A DNA stretch of 64,000 bases from an uncultured Rhodospirillaceae bacterium. Lineage in GTDB: Bacteria; Pseudomonadota; Alphaproteobacteria; JAEUKQ01. Position 1 is the first letter of the stretch. Each line of letters opens with the position of its first letter. Shown here one piece after another: positions 60,415 to 64,000 of this stretch. Position numbers and translations under genes: made by a program. A model generated the notes under the pieces. The model saw nothing but the letters and a program-made list of their open reading frames with translations, was not told the DNA's origin and searched no databases. The stretch is taken from contig CAYPXH010000003.1 of NCBI GenBank assembly GCA_964414755.1, forward strand, positions 6,896 through 70,895, written 5' to 3'.

Positions 60415-62454
60415 ATGTCTTATCAAGGGGATGATCATTTACAACAATTATTAAAAAAATACCGGATCGAAAAAACGGTGCCAGCTGTTTATGACATTAT
60501 CTCTGGCGTTTTGGCAGCACCTGACGATATTGATCCCAATTCTTGGCAGGTGTTAATATCTGACCAACGCAATCCTGATCTTGATCAACAATTATACAGC
60601 TTAAGGCAGCAGCTTCAGAAGCATCGTCAAGATGAATTAAGTGTGGCAGCATCTAAATCTGATATTGCCAAAAGGCTAAAATTACTAAGAGACTATCTTC
60701 AACAGCAAAAATTGGATGGTTTTATTATTCCACGCACAGATGAATATCAGGGCGAATATATTGCCGCCTATGCCGAGCGTTTAGGATGGCTTAGTGGTTT
60801 TACTGGTTCTTCAGGATTGGCTGTTGTTCTCAGAGATCAAGCTGGGTTATTTGTTGATGGACGGTATATTTTACAAGCAGCTCAACAAACTGATTCGAGT
60901 TGTTTTCAAGTTTTTTTAAGCAGCGAACAATCAAGTGATGGGTGGCTGAACGCACAGCTAAAAAAAGGCCAGCGTATAGGAATTGACCCATGGTTGCATA
61001 CGCCCAATCAATTGCAACGACTAAAAAACGCCATTGAAAAAGCACAAGGTCACCTTGTTATGCTTGAACAAAATCCCATAGATGAAGTTTGGGTTAGTCG
61101 ACCGCCACGTCCACTTGCACCAGTCAATCTGCATCCTTTGCAATATGCTGGGTGGTCAACTGCGGAAAAAGCGGCAATGTTGGCAAAAGAATTACAGCAA
61201 AAACAGCTAGATGCAGTTATACTAACAGCGCCCGAGTCAGTGGCATGGTTGTTGAATGTGCGGGGTGGGGATGTACCAAATACGCCTTTTGTACATAGTT
61301 TTGTTATTTTTTACCGAGATCAGCAAATTAACTGGTACGTAGATACTCGCAAAATAACCAGAAAATTGCAGCAATCGTTGCCAACAAATATACATATACT
61401 TCCATCCGAATCTTTTCCAAAAGCTCTAGAAAAACTTGGTTCTGATCGGCGTCATGTTTTGCTTGATCCTGATATTGTGGCTGTATGGATTTATAAGAGT
61501 CTTGAGCAAACAGGCGCTATTATTCATCAGCAACCAGATCCGTGTTTGTTACCTCGTGCATGCAAAACGCCTACCGAAATTCAAGGCGCTCGTGCCAGCC
61601 ACCTGCGTGACGGTGTATCGATCGTACAATTACTTGCCTGGTTAAGTGATCAAGTTAAAACTAAGAAAAAGATAACTGAGTTGGATGTTGCTGCACAGCT
61701 CTATCAATTCCGGTGTCAAAACACCCTATTTCGGGGCACAAGTTTTGAAACTATTGCAGGATCAGGTCCTAATGGGGCTATTGTTCATTATCGGCCAACA
61801 TCGGCAAGCAATCGCGTTCTGCAACATGGCGAATTATTGCTTCTTGATTCGGGCGGGCAATATCTGGATGGAACAACAGACATTACCCGTACGATAGCCA
61901 TAGGTGATCCAACCCCAATTATGAAAAAACACTTCACTTTGGTTTTAAAAGGGCATATTGCCCTTGCTATGGCAAAATTTCCAAAAGGCGTTTCAGGTCA
62001 TCAATTAGACGCTATAGCACGCTATCCCTTGTGGCAGCATGGGTTGAATTATGATCATGGAACAGGTCATGGAGTTGGTAGTTACCTTAGTGTTCATGAA
62101 GGCCCACAACGTATCGCCACCGCCCCTAACCAGATAGCATTGCAACCGGGGATGATTCTATCAAACGAACCAGGCTATTACAAAAAGGGTGCTTATGGCA
62201 TTCGGCTTGAAAATCTGGTATTGGTTGTACCCGCCATCATCAATGGTGCAGAGCGCGAAATGTTTGGTTTTGAGACTCTGACATTGGCACCGTTTGATCG
62301 GCGTCTTATTGATGTTAGCTTACTAACTGCTGAAGAATTGGGCTGGTTAAACAATTATCACCAACAAGTCCAACAGCAATTAGCGCAATATCTGAATCAA
62401 CAAAACAGGGAATACTTAAACTGGGCTACTGCCGAGCTTACGAAAGCCCATTAA
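60415..62454 (+). CDS. Xaa-Pro aminopeptidase (aminopeptidase P / M24B family) with creatinase-like N-terminal domains
   Basis: The C-terminal pita-bread domain has the metal ligands (LLLDSGGQYLDGTTDITRT, HGTGHGVGSYLSVHEGP, LSNEPGYY...LEN). 679 aa. Confidence 0.88.
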   Translation: MSYQGDDHLQQLLKKYRIEKTVPAVYDIISGVLAAPDDIDPNSWQVLISDQRNPDLDQQLYSLRQQLQKHRQDELSVAASKSDIAKRLKLLRDYLQQQKLDGFIIPRTDEYQGEYIAAYAERLGWLSGFTGSSGLAVVLRDQAGLFVDGRYILQAAQQTDSSCFQVFLSSEQSSDGWLNAQLKKGQRIGIDPWLHTPNQLQRLKNAIEKAQGHLVMLEQNPIDEVWVSRPPRPLAPVNLHPLQYAGWSTAEKAAMLAKELQQKQLDAVILTAPESVAWLLNVRGGDVPNTPFVHSFVIFYRDQQINWYVDTRKITRKLQQSLPTNIHILPSESFPKALEKLGSDRRHVLLDPDIVAVWIYKSLEQTGAIIHQQPDPCLLPRACKTPTEIQGARASHLRDGVSIVQLLAWLSDQVKTKKKITELDVAAQLYQFRCQNTLFRGTSFETIAGSGPNGAIVHYRPTSASNRVLQHGELLLLDSGGQYLDGTTDITRTIAIGDPTPIMKKHFTLVLKGHIALAMAKFPKGVSGHQLDAIARYPLWQHGLNYDHGTGHGVGSYLSVHEGPQRIATAPNQIALQPGMILSNEPGYYKKGAYGIRLENLVLVVPAIINGAEREMFGFETLTLAPFDRRLIDVSLLTAEELGWLNNYHQQVQQQLAQYLNQQNREYLNWATAELTKAH

Positions 62455-62538
62455 TTACACGGAATATAATGATCTATCTTTCAGCATACAATTAGCTTTG
62501 TGATATAAGTTCAATATACCAAATCTTTTATGATTTAT

Positions 62539-64000
62539 GACTGTTCCTTTTTCAACATACCACTCATCAATGGTTGATACTGCCCAAAAATTTGGGTTGA
62601 TGGAAAAGGGCATAAATGGTGTGAAGATTACGCCTAAAATATTAAACGATTTTCAGCACCGCAAGCTTTCATTTGATTGGATACATATGGGTACAACAGC
62701 CTGTAAAGCTGGCGATATTGCAAAAATTATTAGGGAAACAACTTGGTTTTTGCCCCCGCGTTCCGGTCATGCCGGCAATTGGGCAGACATTGCAGCGGGA
62801 TGTGCCGGTGCTGTCGATTATAATAAAATCCTCTGTGCTGATGAAAAATTAGCTTATCCGCTGATTTATGACTTAAATATGACCGAAAATGATGACCTGA
62901 CAGAGGGCGATACAATTTATTTGCCAGGTTCATACGTTAAAAATGGTCAACGTTTGTTATTACCACTATATTGTTGGAAGAACGGTAATTTTGTTAGAGT
63001 AGATCGCAGATATTCCTATTTAAGCCCTTTTGTATTAATCGAATATGATCATGAATTGATGCCACTGCTATCATTCCACCGTCAATCTTGTAATCAGCTT
63101 CATGAATACCATTTTCAATCTCAAGCGGCTGTTATTGTATGTGCGAAAGATTTATTTCAAAATATTCTTTTATCACTCATTAATCAGGCTATTAACAATC
63201 GCGAACCCGAGCATTTTTTGCAATTAATATTTGATCGTATAGTTGATGTGTCTGGTATAACCCGCCGTGTCCAATGGCATGTTTCTCAGGGAACATACCG
63301 GGCAGGAGAAGTTAGTTTTTCTAGCCCAGCCGAACTTGTCACAGCCGCAACATTACCCTGGCTGGCAGCTGATAATCCCTGGCTTTTAATGAAAGATCCA
63401 GATTTTTTTAACCGCCCGATGCTTTTATGTTCATTGCCTTTAATTTCACTGATGCTGGCTGTCTGCAATACACATCTTACTAAAACGAACCAACGGGTAG
63501 ATGGTTGTTTTAATCTGCACGCACATTGGGGAGCCATTGGCATGGCTGGTTATCCGCCAAGAAAGCATGGTTATTTTGCCAATCAGGTGCGATATGCCCG
63601 GCCCATATACAAAACGGTTATCCAAGATTTTCCTGAAATACGACCTGTTTTCTTTCTCTTAATTCCAAGTGCAATATACTTGCTTTGGCCGCATCAACAT
63701 TATCCAAATGATTATGAATTAGTTATATCTTTGTTAAAAGAAACGCATGATCAAACAACGCCCTATATTAATAAAACCAATATTTTAGGGGACAAAATTG
63801 ATAAAATCACTTCTGATTGGTTGGAAAAAAATATTAAAATAATATCGCCTTATTTTATCCAACGATTTAAAGCTCACCGTAGCGTTTTTAACGTTATTGA
63901 ATTGCCTAAAACTGGCCGTTCTATAAAACCAGAATATTTTGATCAATTATCCTTAGGCCAATTATCGATGCTGGTTGGATCAATTACTGAGCAATTACGA
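62539..64000 (+). CDS. Large hypothetical protein (more than 487 aa, truncated at the window end), no recognisable family
   Basis: I translated this myself from the ATG at 62539 (MTVPFSTYHSSMVDTAQKFGL...). The reading frame stays open to position 64000. It is not in the ORF track because no stop codon falls inside the window. Confidence 0.5.

Overview
This is a 64-kb chromosomal segment with an alphaproteobacterial gene repertoire (CcrM methyltransferase, ClpS/ClpA, FolB with a PTR1/FolM-like reductase, NrdR-rib-NusB-ThiL). Almost all of it is densely packed housekeeping DNA. In window order it contains: the N-terminal part of cbiD at the window edge (- strand); a small secreted protein; an MFS transporter; a D-Ala-D-Ala carboxypeptidase with a SPOR domain; clpS-clpA; a Sel1/TPR repeat protein; an orphan hypothetical gene next to gcdH; the livHMGF-livJ branched-chain amino-acid ABC transporter; rpiB-glyA-nrdR-ribD-ribE-ribBA-ribH-nusB-thiL; a contiguous ribosomal block rpsL-rpsG-fusA then rpsJ...rplQ (S10/spc/alpha operons with secY, adk, rpoA) with no tuf after fusA; then GST and MarR; an accessory-looking stretch (about 42.6-50.5 kb) holding one hypothetical gene, three tandem divergent paralogous secreted proteins, the cell-cycle methyltransferase ccrM and a divergent pair of XRE-family HTH regulators; then moaD-pgsA-uvrC, folB with a PTR1/FolM-type reductase, an AstE/AspA-family gene, uvrD-prmA, a DUF1127-like small gene, an aminopeptidase P and a large unrecognisable ORF truncated at the window end. 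I found no rRNA, tRNA, CRISPR, IS or prophage genes. Things worth a second look: the triad of paralogous secreted proteins sharing a C-x12-14-[LF][FW]xC motif, a cluster of perfect DnaA boxes in an AT-rich spacer upstream of uvrC, perfect palindromes that look like the MarR operator, repeats in the XRE divergent promoter, and the tuf-less str operon.
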